NCBI GenBank assembly: GCA_965247705.1
Contig: CBDFHV010000069.1
Span: 6,085 to 70,084, forward strand
Reading direction: 5' to 3'
Source: Rhodospirillales bacterium
GTDB taxonomy: Bacteria; Pseudomonadota; Alphaproteobacteria; Rhodospirillales; CAMCUA01
DNA: 64,000 nucleotides
The translations under genes were made by a program, and so were the position numbers. This document shows positions 27,282-36,820 of the stretch, in pieces. The notes under the pieces were generated by a model. That model was not told the origin of the DNA. It saw nothing but the letters and a program-made list of their open reading frames with translations, and ran no database searches. The stretch's first letter is position 1. Each line of letters opens with the position of its first letter.

Positions 27282-27284
27282 AGT

Positions 27285-28187
27285 TCAGGACGTCGCCTTC
27301 GCGATGGCCGATTCCCGGCGCGCGATGTAGAGGCCGGCACCGAAGATGACCGCCGCGCCGACCCAGGTCCAAATGTCCGGTTGCTGATCGAACAGGATCG
27401 CGCCCAAGGCACTGACGAATACCATCTGAAGAAACCGGAACGGCACCACCGCCGAAGCCTCGGCGATGCGAAGAGACTGGGCGAGGCACAGCAGGCCAAT
27501 GGTCCCCGACATCCCCTGCACCGCCATCCAGGCCAGCATCTGCGCGCTCGGCCAGACCCACACGGTGAGCGCAGTGGGCAAGGCACCAATGGTCATTAGT
27601 ATGCTCACGTAGGCGACGATCGTGCCCGGCGAATCGGTGCGCGCCAGGGATTTGGTGACGATGTAGGCGGCGGCGGCGAATGCGGCGCCCAGCAGGGCCA
27701 GGATCGCCGCCGGGGAAACAACCTCCACCCCCGGCCTGACAATCAGCAAAGTGCCGGCGAACCCGACGATGGTCGCCCCCCAGCGCCGTGGCCCGACCGG
27801 CTCCTTGAGGATCAGGGCCGCGCCGACGATGACGAACAGGGGCGACGTGAAGGTCAGCGCCGCGACCTTGGCCATGGGAATCTGGGTAATCGCCCAGAAT
27901 ACCATGGTGGTGGCGAAGAGCTGGGCCAGGGCATTGAAGCCGTGCAACTTGGCATGGCGCCTCCGCAGGCTCACCCCGCCTCGACGCAGGATCAGCGGCA
28001 CCATGACCAGTGCCCCGAACAGGAAGCGGAAAAACGTTACCTGGAAGGCGTGAAGCTCATTCGCTCCATGGCGCACCAGCGCCCACATGACGGCGAAGGC
28101 GATCCCCGCCCCGATCATCCACAAGGCGCCTTTTACGTTGTCGGCTGGCGCGCGCAATGGTTGGCCCGAAGCGGGCGGCAGCGTCAC
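27285..28187 (-). CDS. DMT superfamily (EamA-like) transporter
   Basis: 300-aa polytopic ORF, the third paralogue in the window. Confidence 0.8.
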   Translation of the reverse strand: MTLPPASGQPLRAPADNVKGALWMIGAGIAFAVMWALVRHGANELHAFQVTFFRFLFGALVMVPLILRRGGVSLRRRHAKLHGFNALAQLFATTMVFWAITQIPMAKVAALTFTSPLFVIVGAALILKEPVGPRRWGATIVGFAGTLLIVRPGVEVVSPAAILALLGAAFAAAAYIVTKSLARTDSPGTIVAYVSILMTIGALPTALTVWVWPSAQMLAWMAVQGMSGTIGLLCLAQSLRIAEASAVVPFRFLQMVFVSALGAILFDQQPDIWTWVGAAVIFGAGLYIARRESAIAKATS

Positions 28188-28206
28188 CGGGCGGGACCGA
28201 CCTGCC

Positions 28207-29589
28207 TCAGCCGGCCGCCACCCTGTCGGCCCGTGAGCGGGCGCGCGTGGCCCCCACCCAGTCGCCTAGGCCTTCGAGCGCTTGTGCCGTCTTCACCCAG
28301 GTCCCCCGGCCGTGGGGACGCACTTCTCCGCGTTCGGACAAGAGGCCACGGGCAAGGTCCCAGTATTGCGCCTTCAATGCCGCCTCGATCAGGATCTGGT
28401 CGAACAGGTCCCGCTGGGCATGGCTTCCGCCCAACGCGGGAAAATGGTGGCGCAAGGCGCCGATGCCGTCCACGGCCGTCTCGAAATCGTCCCGGTAATA
28501 GGCTCGTATGGCCTCGCCCAGGGGAAGGGCCACGGACGCGGTGACCGCGGCCCCAGTCTCGCGGGGCGAGGCCGCGTAGGCCCGCATGGAAGACAACAGT
28601 TGATCCACCGCCTCGAAGCGGCCGTCGGCGGCAAGGGCGATCAAGGCGTGCATGTCGGTAAACACCATGGCGCGATCGTCGACCCAATGCTCCGCCGCGT
28701 CGGCGAGGGCGCCCCAGCGGTTGCCCACGTCCACGTCGAGGAAATCCAGGCGCAGCAAGATGGACACGGCGTTCTGGACGTCCAGGTAGAAGGCGTTCTC
28801 GTCGGGGCGGATCGCCCGGTCGTAGGACGCAAGCACGGCGTCGTGGTCGCCCATGTCGAGGGCGAACAGGGCGCCGTGCCACCACAAGTGTCCGCGGAAG
28901 GGGCTGCGGTCGTCCCAGGCGTCCGGCGGGCGGTCGATCCACGCCCGCCCTTCGGCCAGGCGGCCCTGCATCTCCAGCACGTGGGTCACCGCATGCAGGC
29001 CCCACAGGTCGTCCCCGTTCGCTTCCACGGCCTGTCGGCCGAGGGCCTCGGCCTCGGCGTACTCCCGGCTTTCCTCGCGGCCGAAGGCATACATGCCGAG
29101 CACGAACCCCCGCCCCGGGACACCGGCGTCCCAGGCATGGATCACCCGGGCGATGGCATTGCGGATCTCCACCGACCGTCCCATCCAGAACAAGCAGGAG
29201 TGTTGCAGCCGCAGGGCCAGCATGTCCCGGGGATGGGCCACCAGGACGCCTTCCCACAGTGTCACCGCCTTGTCCATGTCCCCTTGGATCCAGGCCCGAA
29301 GGGCCGCGAGATGACCCCGCTCCCGTTCGGTGGCGCCAACCGCCGCCATTTCCGCATGGGCGAGGCTTGCCGCCGCCCGGCCGCGTACCGCCTGGCTGCC
29401 CATGAGCATGAACAGGTATCCCGCCAGGCAATGGCCCATGACGAATTCCGGATCGGCCTCGAGGGCCCTTTTAACGGCGTCGCGAATGGCCGTGCGGTAG
29501 GTCAGGTAGTGGGCCATTGCCTCGTTGAAGGCATCGGCGGCCGCCGGCTCCGCCGTCGTCAGGGTCAGGCCACGCTCGTCCGTCGCCAT
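28207..29589 (-). CDS. tetratricopeptide repeat protein (TTC38-like)
   Basis: The ATG at 29589 lies within ORF 28207..29664. The sequence MATDERGLTLTT...EADPEFVMGHCLAGYLFML shows a helical-repeat pattern throughout. Confidence 0.7.
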   Translation of the reverse strand: MATDERGLTLTTAEPAAADAFNEAMAHYLTYRTAIRDAVKRALEADPEFVMGHCLAGYLFMLMGSQAVRGRAAASLAHAEMAAVGATERERGHLAALRAWIQGDMDKAVTLWEGVLVAHPRDMLALRLQHSCLFWMGRSVEIRNAIARVIHAWDAGVPGRGFVLGMYAFGREESREYAEAEALGRQAVEANGDDLWGLHAVTHVLEMQGRLAEGRAWIDRPPDAWDDRSPFRGHLWWHGALFALDMGDHDAVLASYDRAIRPDENAFYLDVQNAVSILLRLDFLDVDVGNRWGALADAAEHWVDDRAMVFTDMHALIALAADGRFEAVDQLLSSMRAYAASPRETGAAVTASVALPLGEAIRAYYRDDFETAVDGIGALRHHFPALGGSHAQRDLFDQILIEAALKAQYWDLARGLLSERGEVRPHGRGTWVKTAQALEGLGDWVGATRARSRADRVAAG

Positions 29590-29732
29590 GGATCGCGCCT
29601 CTTCTGGCTGAATTCGGGGGCGACCAAGGTAGATCAGGCGATGGCGCGGGTCCACGCGCCTCAAGGGGCGCTCGCGACCGCGAAACCGCTCCGCTAAGGT
29701 GTCGCCAACCCATCTCCAATCGGAGCTCCCCC

Positions 29733-30602
29733 ATGTCCACGCCCGTTTTTAGAGACTACGACCAGGAGGCCCTGGACCGGGAATACAACAACATGGCCAA
29801 GGTGCCGGGGGCGGCGGAGATCATGGCCCGTAGCGAGGCGGCCAGCGCCGAGGCCCGGGCTGCCCTCACCTGCCGCCTGGATGTGCCCTATGGGGCCAGC
29901 GAAGCGGAGAAGCTGGACCTGTTCCTGCCCGACGGCCCGGGGCCCCACCCGGTGATGGTTTACATTCACGGCGGCTATTGGCGAGCCCGGAATCGCCGGG
30001 ACTTCAGCTTCGTCGCCCCACCCTTCGTGGCCCGCGGCGTGGCTACGGCGGTGAGCGGCTACGCCCTCTGCCCAGTGGTGAGCATCGACGAACTGGTGCG
30101 CCAGTGCCGAGCCGCCGTCGCCTGGTTGTGGAAGAACGCCGACAGTCTTTCCCTCGATCGCGACCGCCTGTTCGTTTGCGGTCACTCCGCCGGCGGCCAC
30201 ATCGTGGCCATGTGCCTGGCCACCCCGTGGCGGGAGTTCGATTCGGCCCTGCCCGCGGACCCGATCCGGGGCGCAACGGCCCTCAGCGGCCTTTACGACC
30301 TGGAGCCGATTCGGCTCTGTTTCCTCAACGCCGAGGTTCGCATGTCGGCCCAAGACGCGGCCCGGAACAGCCCGGTCCTGCTCACCCCGGGCAGCACCCC
30401 GCCCCTGATCCTCGCCGTCGGCGGCCTGGAGGGTCCGGAATATCTTCGCCAGACCCGGGACCTGGAAGCGGCCTGGACGCCCCATGGCATAGCGCCCCGG
30501 GTCATGGTCCTCGACGGGGCGGACCACTTCTCCATCCTCGACGAACTGACCGATCCGGCGCGCCCGCTCGCCCGTGCGGTGTTCGCCCAGATCGGCGTCT
30601 AG
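29733..30602 (+). CDS. alpha/beta hydrolase (esterase/arylformamidase-like)
   Basis: Has the motifs HGGYW and GHSAGGH. Confidence 0.8.
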   Translation: MSTPVFRDYDQEALDREYNNMAKVPGAAEIMARSEAASAEARAALTCRLDVPYGASEAEKLDLFLPDGPGPHPVMVYIHGGYWRARNRRDFSFVAPPFVARGVATAVSGYALCPVVSIDELVRQCRAAVAWLWKNADSLSLDRDRLFVCGHSAGGHIVAMCLATPWREFDSALPADPIRGATALSGLYDLEPIRLCFLNAEVRMSAQDAARNSPVLLTPGSTPPLILAVGGLEGPEYLRQTRDLEAAWTPHGIAPRVMVLDGADHFSILDELTDPARPLARAVFAQIGV

Positions 30603-31798
30603 AACCTGTCGGGGCTGTAGGGCGCGACGTCGAGACAGGGCGCGCGCTCGGCGGCGATGTCGCCGATTAGGCGGCCGGTGCCGGGGCCGATGTTGAACCC
30701 GCTGTGGCCGTGGCCGAAGGCGAAGATGACCCGCCGGTGCCGGGGTGAGCGGCCGATCACCGGCAGGTAGTCGGGCGTCACCGGCCGAGCGCCCATCCAG
30801 CGGCTTTTGCCCGTATCGTCGAGGCCGGGGATGAGCTGCTTGGCGAAACGGCCGACCCGTTCGGCCAAGCGCCAGCGGGGATTGTCCACGCCGGCGGAAA
30901 ACTCGGCCATGCCGCTGGCCCGGATACCGTGCTCCATCGGGGTGACGATCATCTTGCGCTCCTGCCACAGCACCGAGATGCGCATGGCGACCCCCGCGTC
31001 GGGCATCATCACGTGATAGCCCCGTTCGGCGACCAGGGGAACTTGGGTGCCGAGCCCTGCCGCCAGATCCCGCGACCAGATACCGGCGGCCAGCACCACC
31101 TGATCGGTCTCGTGGCGGCCGGCATCGGTGATGATGATGGGCCGGCCCTCGGCGTCGAACGCGAAGCTCAGCGCTTTTTCCCGGCGGATCTCGCCTCCCT
31201 TCGCCACGCACAATGCGGCCAGGGTCTGAACGACCCGCAGGGGATTGAGCAGGTGTCCGGCATCGGGCGCGTAGACCCCGCGCACCGCGATCGGGCCCAC
31301 CACGGGCTCCATATCGCGGACCCCGTCGCCGCTCAGCGATTCCAGCGCGATGCCCCGCTTGCGCCGGAATTCGAGACCATACTCGTCCTTCTTGTAGCCG
31401 GACTCCGTGCTCCAGACGAACAAGCGCCCGTGCTTGGTCAAAAGTTCCGGGGCGCCGGCCTTGGCGATGGGGCCCGTGCGCTCCGGGCGGGTGCAATCCA
31501 GATAGCCCCGAAACCAAGGCAGCAATCGGTTCATGTGGGACCAATGGACGGACAGGGGATGCCGGGGGTCGAGCAGCATCCCCGGCAGCTTGAAGACGAC
31601 TCCCGGGATGGCGTAGTGGGCATTGCCGCCCAGGTTGCCGGCGGCGCCAAAAGACGTGTTCTCGCCCGGCCCGTCGGGATCGATCACGCTCACCCTGAAT
31701 CCCTGGCGCTGCAGATAGACGGCACAGCACAGCCCGATGATTCCGGCGCCCACCACCACAACCCGATTTTCGCTTTCGTTCGCCACGGCGCGTCGCAC
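30599..31798 (-). CDS. FAD-dependent oxidoreductase (D-amino-acid dehydrogenase-like)
   Basis: N-terminal VVVVGAGIIGLCCAVYLQRQG dinucleotide-binding motif. 399 aa. Confidence 0.85.
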   Translation of the reverse strand: MRRAVANESENRVVVVGAGIIGLCCAVYLQRQGFRVSVIDPDGPGENTSFGAAGNLGGNAHYAIPGVVFKLPGMLLDPRHPLSVHWSHMNRLLPWFRGYLDCTRPERTGPIAKAGAPELLTKHGRLFVWSTESGYKKDEYGLEFRRKRGIALESLSGDGVRDMEPVVGPIAVRGVYAPDAGHLLNPLRVVQTLAALCVAKGGEIRREKALSFAFDAEGRPIIITDAGRHETDQVVLAAGIWSRDLAAGLGTQVPLVAERGYHVMMPDAGVAMRISVLWQERKMIVTPMEHGIRASGMAEFSAGVDNPRWRLAERVGRFAKQLIPGLDDTGKSRWMGARPVTPDYLPVIGRSPRHRRVIFAFGHGHSGFNIGPGTGRLIGDIAAERAPCLDVAPYSPDRF

Positions 31799-31998
31799 TC
31801 TTAGCCGAATGTGGGCCGAGATTAGGGACCGTCCCCGACGGGTGCAATGACGCCCCCGAAAGGGGCGATTGACGGCGGGGGATTGCTTGTGTTGGTTTCA
31901 CGGCATTGACCGGGGTTCGCGATCCCAGGAGAATCGACGAATCCCCCCGGGCGCCGACCGCCAGGGGCACCACCAATCGGAGGCGGACGACCCACCCC

Positions 31999-32976
31999 AT
32001 GGCCGATCCCCAGCGCCTTCACATTTCTCCGGAGATGCGCCCCAAGCCCGATGACGTGACCTACGATCTGGACCGGGCGCTCTCGTCCGTGGTGTCCCTT
32101 CAGGCCCTGGTCCCCGACGATGCCTATACCGCCGGCAGCCTGGGCAACGAACGGGCGGGCAATGGCGTCCTCATTCGCGACGACGGGCTGGTGCTGACCA
32201 TCGGCTATCTGATTACCGAGGCGGAGCAGGTCTGGCTGATCGACGAATCCGAGGCTGCCACCGCCGCCCACGTTGTCGCCTACGACCAGCAAACCGGCCT
32301 CGGCCTGGTGCAGGCCCTGGGCCGCCTCAGCGGCCATGCCCTGCCCATGGGCAACTCGGCCGACCTGGCGGTGGGGGACGACGTGGTGGTCGCCGGCCAC
32401 GGCGGGCGAAGCCACGCCATCAATGCGGAGGTGATCGCCAAGCGGGAGTTCGCGGGCTACTGGGAATACGTGCTGGACGAGGGCATCTTCACCGCCCCGG
32501 CCCACCCCAATTGGGGCGGCACCGCGGTGATCGGCGCCGACGGCACACTACGTGGCCTGGGGTCCCTCTATGTCCAGCAGACCACCGGCGACGGCGAACC
32601 GGAGGAAGGCAACATGATCGTTCCCATCGACCTGTTGAAGCCGATCATGGACGACCTGCTGACCCTGGGGCGGGTCAACAAGCCGCCCCGGCCGTGGCTG
32701 GGCATGTTGACCACCGAAATCGACGACAAGCTGGTGGTCGCCTCGGTCAGCGCCGGCGCGCCGGCGGACCAGGCCGATGTGCAAGTCGGCGACGTGGTGT
32801 TGGGCGTCGCCGGTCATCCGGTCAACGGCCTGGCCAACCTGTTTCGCCGGGTCTGGGCCCAGGGCGAAGCCGGGGTCACCGTGCCCCTGACCGTGCACCG
32901 GGACGGGGACACCCTGGAGATCCCCGTCCTGACCGGCGCCCGCACCGACTTCCTGAAGTCCCCTCGGCTGCACTGA
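31999..32976 (+). CDS. S1C (DegP/HtrA-like) trypsin-fold protein with C-terminal PDZ domain, catalytic residues apparently substituted
   Basis: The ATG at 31999 lies within ORF 31906..32976. GNGVLIRDDGLVLTIGYLI stands where ..TNxHV.. is expected, and HPNWGGTAV stands where GNSGGP is expected. The C-terminal segment is PDZ-like. Confidence 0.7.
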   Translation: MADPQRLHISPEMRPKPDDVTYDLDRALSSVVSLQALVPDDAYTAGSLGNERAGNGVLIRDDGLVLTIGYLITEAEQVWLIDESEAATAAHVVAYDQQTGLGLVQALGRLSGHALPMGNSADLAVGDDVVVAGHGGRSHAINAEVIAKREFAGYWEYVLDEGIFTAPAHPNWGGTAVIGADGTLRGLGSLYVQQTTGDGEPEEGNMIVPIDLLKPIMDDLLTLGRVNKPPRPWLGMLTTEIDDKLVVASVSAGAPADQADVQVGDVVLGVAGHPVNGLANLFRRVWAQGEAGVTVPLTVHRDGDTLEIPVLTGARTDFLKSPRLH

Positions 32977-32985
32977 AACGGACGG

Positions 32986-33630
32986 TTACGGCTTCGGCTT
33001 TTTGCCCTCGGCGGCCTCGCCGCCATCCCCTTTCGCCGATCGGCGCGGCCACATGAGATTGCGCAGGGTCACCCGGTCGGGCACCCCGGTGACGGTCAGG
33101 CCGTTCTGCCGCTGATAGGCGGCCACCGCCTGCTCGGTGGCTTTGTCGAAGACGCCGCTGGGCGGGCCGACGAAGTAGCCGTCCGTCGCCAGCTTGGCCT
33201 GCACCCGGGCCAGGGTCTGGCGGTAGAGGATCACGGTTTGGGCCTGGCCTTCGGCCCGCACCACCGGCTCGGCGGCGCGCAGGCGGTCCTTCTCCATGCT
33301 GCCAAGCAGGATGACCAGGCCGCTGGCGAAGCGGTCGTCGGGCCGGGCGCGGCAGAAGTTGGCCAGCAGGCGCGCCAAGTCGGTGGTGTCTTCCCAGGTC
33401 AGGATGTCGTAGGTGTCGTTGCGCAGCAGGTTGTAGGCGCTCACGAATCCGTCGATCCAGCCGCCGAACTCGGCGTAGGTCCATGTCAGGCCCTTGCGCT
33501 CCTCCAGGTATCGCGCGCAGGTGGCGGCGCCGGCTCCCTTGGGCGCGAAGCGATTCTGCTGGTCCGCCGCCTGGGCGCCCGCCGAGGCCACCACAAGGCC
33601 CACCACGAGTCCGAGGGCAAGGGGTTTCAT
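32986..33630 (-). CDS. secreted protein with C-terminal peptidoglycan-binding (PG_binding_1-like) domain
   Basis: The ATG at 33630 starts a signal peptide (MKPLALGLVVGLVVASAGAQA). The C-terminal YFVGPPSGVFDKATEQAVAAYQRQNGLTVTGV is PG-binding-like. Confidence 0.65.
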   Translation of the reverse strand: MKPLALGLVVGLVVASAGAQAADQQNRFAPKGAGAATCARYLEERKGLTWTYAEFGGWIDGFVSAYNLLRNDTYDILTWEDTTDLARLLANFCRARPDDRFASGLVILLGSMEKDRLRAAEPVVRAEGQAQTVILYRQTLARVQAKLATDGYFVGPPSGVFDKATEQAVAAYQRQNGLTVTGVPDRVTLRNLMWPRRSAKGDGGEAAEGKKPKP

Positions 33631-33736
33631 GTCGTCCTCTCGGGTTGTTGACCGGGTTGCCGGAGGGATCATACCAGCGAACAGGTTGCCTGACCCGCCT
33701 GTTGCCCTTGGTGGGGATCGGGAATGTCCCTTGCCA

Positions 33737-33809
33737 GGAGCGGGCGGGTCTCAGACCCGCCCCTACGCAATCTCGCTCCGGGGCGTAGGGGCCGGTCTCA
33801 GACCGGCCC
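33737..33809. repeat. REP-like palindromic repeat pair (same family as 10481..10565)
   Basis: GGGCGGGTCTCAGACCCGCCC (33742-33762) plus CTACGC, then GCGTAG plus GGGCCGGTCTCAGACCGGCCC (33789-33809). Confidence 0.75.
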
Positions 33810-33895
33810 GCTTCAGACGCATTTTCGGCCATCCCTTGAATCGGAAACGGCGGCCCCGAAGGGCCGCCGTCCGTGATCCGTCCTGGTAAAACGAA

Positions 33896-35536
33896 TCAGC
33901 CTTGGCGTTTTCTGCGTCGCAATGCGGCGAGGCCAATGAGGCCCAGTCCGAAGATGCCCAGGCCCGCCGGCTCGGGGACGCCCGTCGTCTGGGCGAAGAG
34001 GGCCGACTGTTCGATCACGTAGGGGGAGTCCTGGTTGAAAAGAGTTGCCTCCTCGGTGAACGTCGCCGCCACGGCGAAGGCCAGGGGATCGGAGGGATCC
34101 AGCCCAAGAGCCGGATCGATCCCCAGGACCCTGAAGCCTTCCACGTCGAAGAAACCCTCGGCGTCGAAGTCGATGATCGCGCCCGGCCCGAAGCTTCCGA
34201 CCAACGCAAATACGTCCGCCGGGTTAAGGGCGAATACGTCGTAGATCTCGTCGTCGTCTCCCGCCAGGTCCGGCAGCAGGATGGTGTCGAAGAAGCCGGG
34301 ACCGTCGAGGATCTCGAAATCGTAGCCGATGATCGCGCCCTCCGTCGGCGGGTCGAGGACCACGGGCTGGTTCAAGTTGACGAAGAACTCGAAACAGAAA
34401 TTGCCGCCCGGATCCGACGCGCAAAGGTCGTCCACGTTGGTCGGCAGTTCGACGTACTCGAAAAGTCCCTCGTCGCCCATGGCGAAGGTCTGCACATCGA
34501 GCGTATAGGTACCGGCCTCATTGTGGAATCCTTCGTAGCCTTCGCCTTCGCCGCCATCGAACAGGGCAAAGTCATCGAACCCGCCGCCGCCTTCGCCAAA
34601 CAGGGCCAGGTTGACGTGGCCGCTGTCGGGAACGATGCCGACGATGCGCACCTTGTTGTCGCCGTCGTCGACGGGCTCATCCTCGTTCACGATCGGGAAT
34701 GGGAAGTCGCCATCACCGGGGATGTCGATACCACCCCCGTCGAAATCGTCATCGAAGTCCTCGCCCAGCAGGGTACCGTCATCGGCGAACCAGCCGATGA
34801 TGGCATCGACGGGTGGCAGCAGGCCCTCATCCCCAGCCACCACTAAGGGGTCAGGGGGTTCGAGGTCGAAGATCGCGCTGGCTGTGATCTCGGCGACAAA
34901 GACCTCGCCGGGTGTGCCCTGGAACTGCACGAAATCCACATCGCAGCCGCCGGTTTTCCCACCAAAAAATCCGCAGCCGGCATGGTCGCCAATCTGAACC
35001 AAGCCAAAGTATAGACTATCGTTGCCGTGGGGGTCCCCGGTATCGTCGTCAAGACCGTCGAAGTTCTCGTCCGAATCGTCGCTCACCGTGACGACGGCGT
35101 CGCCTGCGCCATCGACGGCACCGAACGCGATAGCGAGTTCTCCTGGGAAGAATGCCTCCGTGGCAGGGGAAGCACCGAGCGAAAATCCATCCGACGATAC
35201 GGTATCCGGGGGAGAACCGACCACGGCAATGAAGGGGGTTCCCTCGCCGAAACCAGTGGGAATTACGTGGGTGGGAAAGGTGCCCGGTGTGAATTCCGGG
35301 TCATCTCCACCTTTATCGAAGATGCCGCCGAAGAGCTTCCTGTCGAAGAGTAGGCCGGCGGCCGGGTTGAAGCCTTCGAGAATCCCGTCGAACGACCCGA
35401 CGCCCGGAGCGAGGACCTCTATGTCGCCAAAGACGTTATTGGGTTCGCCAGCTTCGGGCACCGCCATGGCGGGCGCGCCAAAGCCCAACATGCCGACCAG
35501 GGCGGTCGACACGCACAACTGTGTTTTCAGGGTCAT
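33896..35536 (-). CDS. PEP-CTERM sorting domain-containing acidic secreted protein
   Basis: Signal peptide MTLKTQLCVSTALVGMLGFGAPAMA. The C-terminus VPEPAGLGIFGLGLIGLAALRRRKRQG is a canonical PEP-CTERM motif. The body is rich in D/E/G/F. Confidence 0.85.
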   Translation of the reverse strand: MTLKTQLCVSTALVGMLGFGAPAMAVPEAGEPNNVFGDIEVLAPGVGSFDGILEGFNPAAGLLFDRKLFGGIFDKGGDDPEFTPGTFPTHVIPTGFGEGTPFIAVVGSPPDTVSSDGFSLGASPATEAFFPGELAIAFGAVDGAGDAVVTVSDDSDENFDGLDDDTGDPHGNDSLYFGLVQIGDHAGCGFFGGKTGGCDVDFVQFQGTPGEVFVAEITASAIFDLEPPDPLVVAGDEGLLPPVDAIIGWFADDGTLLGEDFDDDFDGGGIDIPGDGDFPFPIVNEDEPVDDGDNKVRIVGIVPDSGHVNLALFGEGGGGFDDFALFDGGEGEGYEGFHNEAGTYTLDVQTFAMGDEGLFEYVELPTNVDDLCASDPGGNFCFEFFVNLNQPVVLDPPTEGAIIGYDFEILDGPGFFDTILLPDLAGDDDEIYDVFALNPADVFALVGSFGPGAIIDFDAEGFFDVEGFRVLGIDPALGLDPSDPLAFAVAATFTEEATLFNQDSPYVIEQSALFAQTTGVPEPAGLGIFGLGLIGLAALRRRKRQG

Positions 35537-35633
35537 TTTCCATCTCAACAGCAAGAGCCAAAGTTTCGTTCATTTGCCCCCGCCGCCGACAAGGGGGTCG
35601 GAAACGGGGCGGGCGCTGTGCCTGTGAGATGTT

Positions 35634-35650
35634 GTGCAAGAGACGGGCCA
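35634..35650 (-). promoter_or_regulatory. candidate sigma-54 (-24/-12) promoter for the PEP-CTERM protein gene
   Basis: The minus strand reads TGGCCCGTCTCTTGCAC, against the consensus TGGCACG-N4-TTGCW. It lies about 100 nt upstream of the ATG at 35536. Confidence 0.5.
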
Positions 35651-35972
35651 ACTCGATAAGTTGTTGAAATAAAAGGATTACAAAATATCGCACCAAAATT
35701 TTCCCGTCCCAACTGTCAAGTATCCCGACACCAGGGGGCTCGCCGGGACCCTTCGTCGCCCCTACCCGAACGGATAATAGTGTTAAAAATCAATTACTAA
35801 GGCCTCCCTCGGCGGGTGAGGGCCATGGTGATCAAAATTCCGACACCGGGTCACCGGGGACGGGGGCGCCAATCCCCGGTCTTAGGTCGTTTCCGTTGAA
35901 TTGCAGTGTGTTATCATGCATCTCCCGAACGTAAGGCAATCCGACAGAGGCGATGGGAGGCGCCGCGAGCCG

Positions 35973-36578
35973 ATGGCACAGAGCCGAACACCGTGGAAGC
36001 CGGGAAAGCGGTTGCGGCTGCGCACGCCGCGCTACGAATTGCGGTCCCTGGGGCCCGAGAACGTGGACCAAAAGATCGTTGACTGGCTGCAGGACCCGGA
36101 AGTGGTGGAAACCCTCAACGTCCCCGCCGAGGCCCGGGCGCTCAAGGACATCGCCAACTACATGCGCCGGTTCAACAACCGCAACAGCTTCGGCCTCGGC
36201 GTCTATTTCCGCTCGACCGGGATTCTGGTCGGCTTCTATGCGGTCTACCTGGACTTCAAGAACAAGCTCGCCAACACCAACGTGGTGATCGGCGACAAAA
36301 GCCACTGGGGCAAAAGCGCGGTCCTGGAAACCCGCGCCGCCATCCTCGATTTCCTGTTCGACACGATGGGGGTTCACAAGGTCTGCGGCAATCCCTTCGC
36401 CCGCAATTTTCCAGCCGTGTTCAACTACAAGGCCCAGGGCTTCCAATGCGAAGGCGTCCTCAGGCAACACCGGATGACCAGGGATGGAAACCGGCTGGAT
36501 CAACTGCTGTTCGGCATTCTGGCCACCGAATGGCAGGACCGGCGCAGCGTTCCGGCCGCCCGCGGGGGGCTGACGTGA
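35973..36578 (+). CDS. GNAT family N-acetyltransferase (RimJ/RimL-like)
   Basis: The ATG at 35973 lies within ORF 35901..36578. The core VVIGDKSHWGKSAVLETRAAILDFLFDTMGVHKV is GNAT-like. Confidence 0.75.
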   Translation: MAQSRTPWKPGKRLRLRTPRYELRSLGPENVDQKIVDWLQDPEVVETLNVPAEARALKDIANYMRRFNNRNSFGLGVYFRSTGILVGFYAVYLDFKNKLANTNVVIGDKSHWGKSAVLETRAAILDFLFDTMGVHKVCGNPFARNFPAVFNYKAQGFQCEGVLRQHRMTRDGNRLDQLLFGILATEWQDRRSVPAARGGLT

Positions 36579-36811
36579 GCGCCACCCTCGACCGGGCCCG
36601 CGCGCTGCTGGCCGAGGCCCTGGAAATCGGCCCCTCGAACATCGGCGACGACGCCTCCATCGACACCGAGGATCGGTGGGACAGCCTGGCCCATCTACGC
36701 ATCATCGAGGCCGTGGAGTCCCAGCTTGGCCACGAACTGGGTCCGGACGCCATCGTCGGCATCACGTCGCTGCGCGACGTGGCCGCGGCCCTCGACGGTT
36801 CGGCCGCCTGA
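36575..36811 (+). CDS. acyl carrier protein-like phosphopantetheine-binding protein
   Basis: The GTG at 36575 overlaps the GNAT stop (GTGA). 78 aa with the serine attachment context DRWDSLAHLRIIEAVE. Confidence 0.65.
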   Translation: MSATLDRARALLAEALEIGPSNIGDDASIDTEDRWDSLAHLRIIEAVESQLGHELGPDAIVGITSLRDVAAALDGSAA

Positions 36812-36820
36812 TCCCATCGG

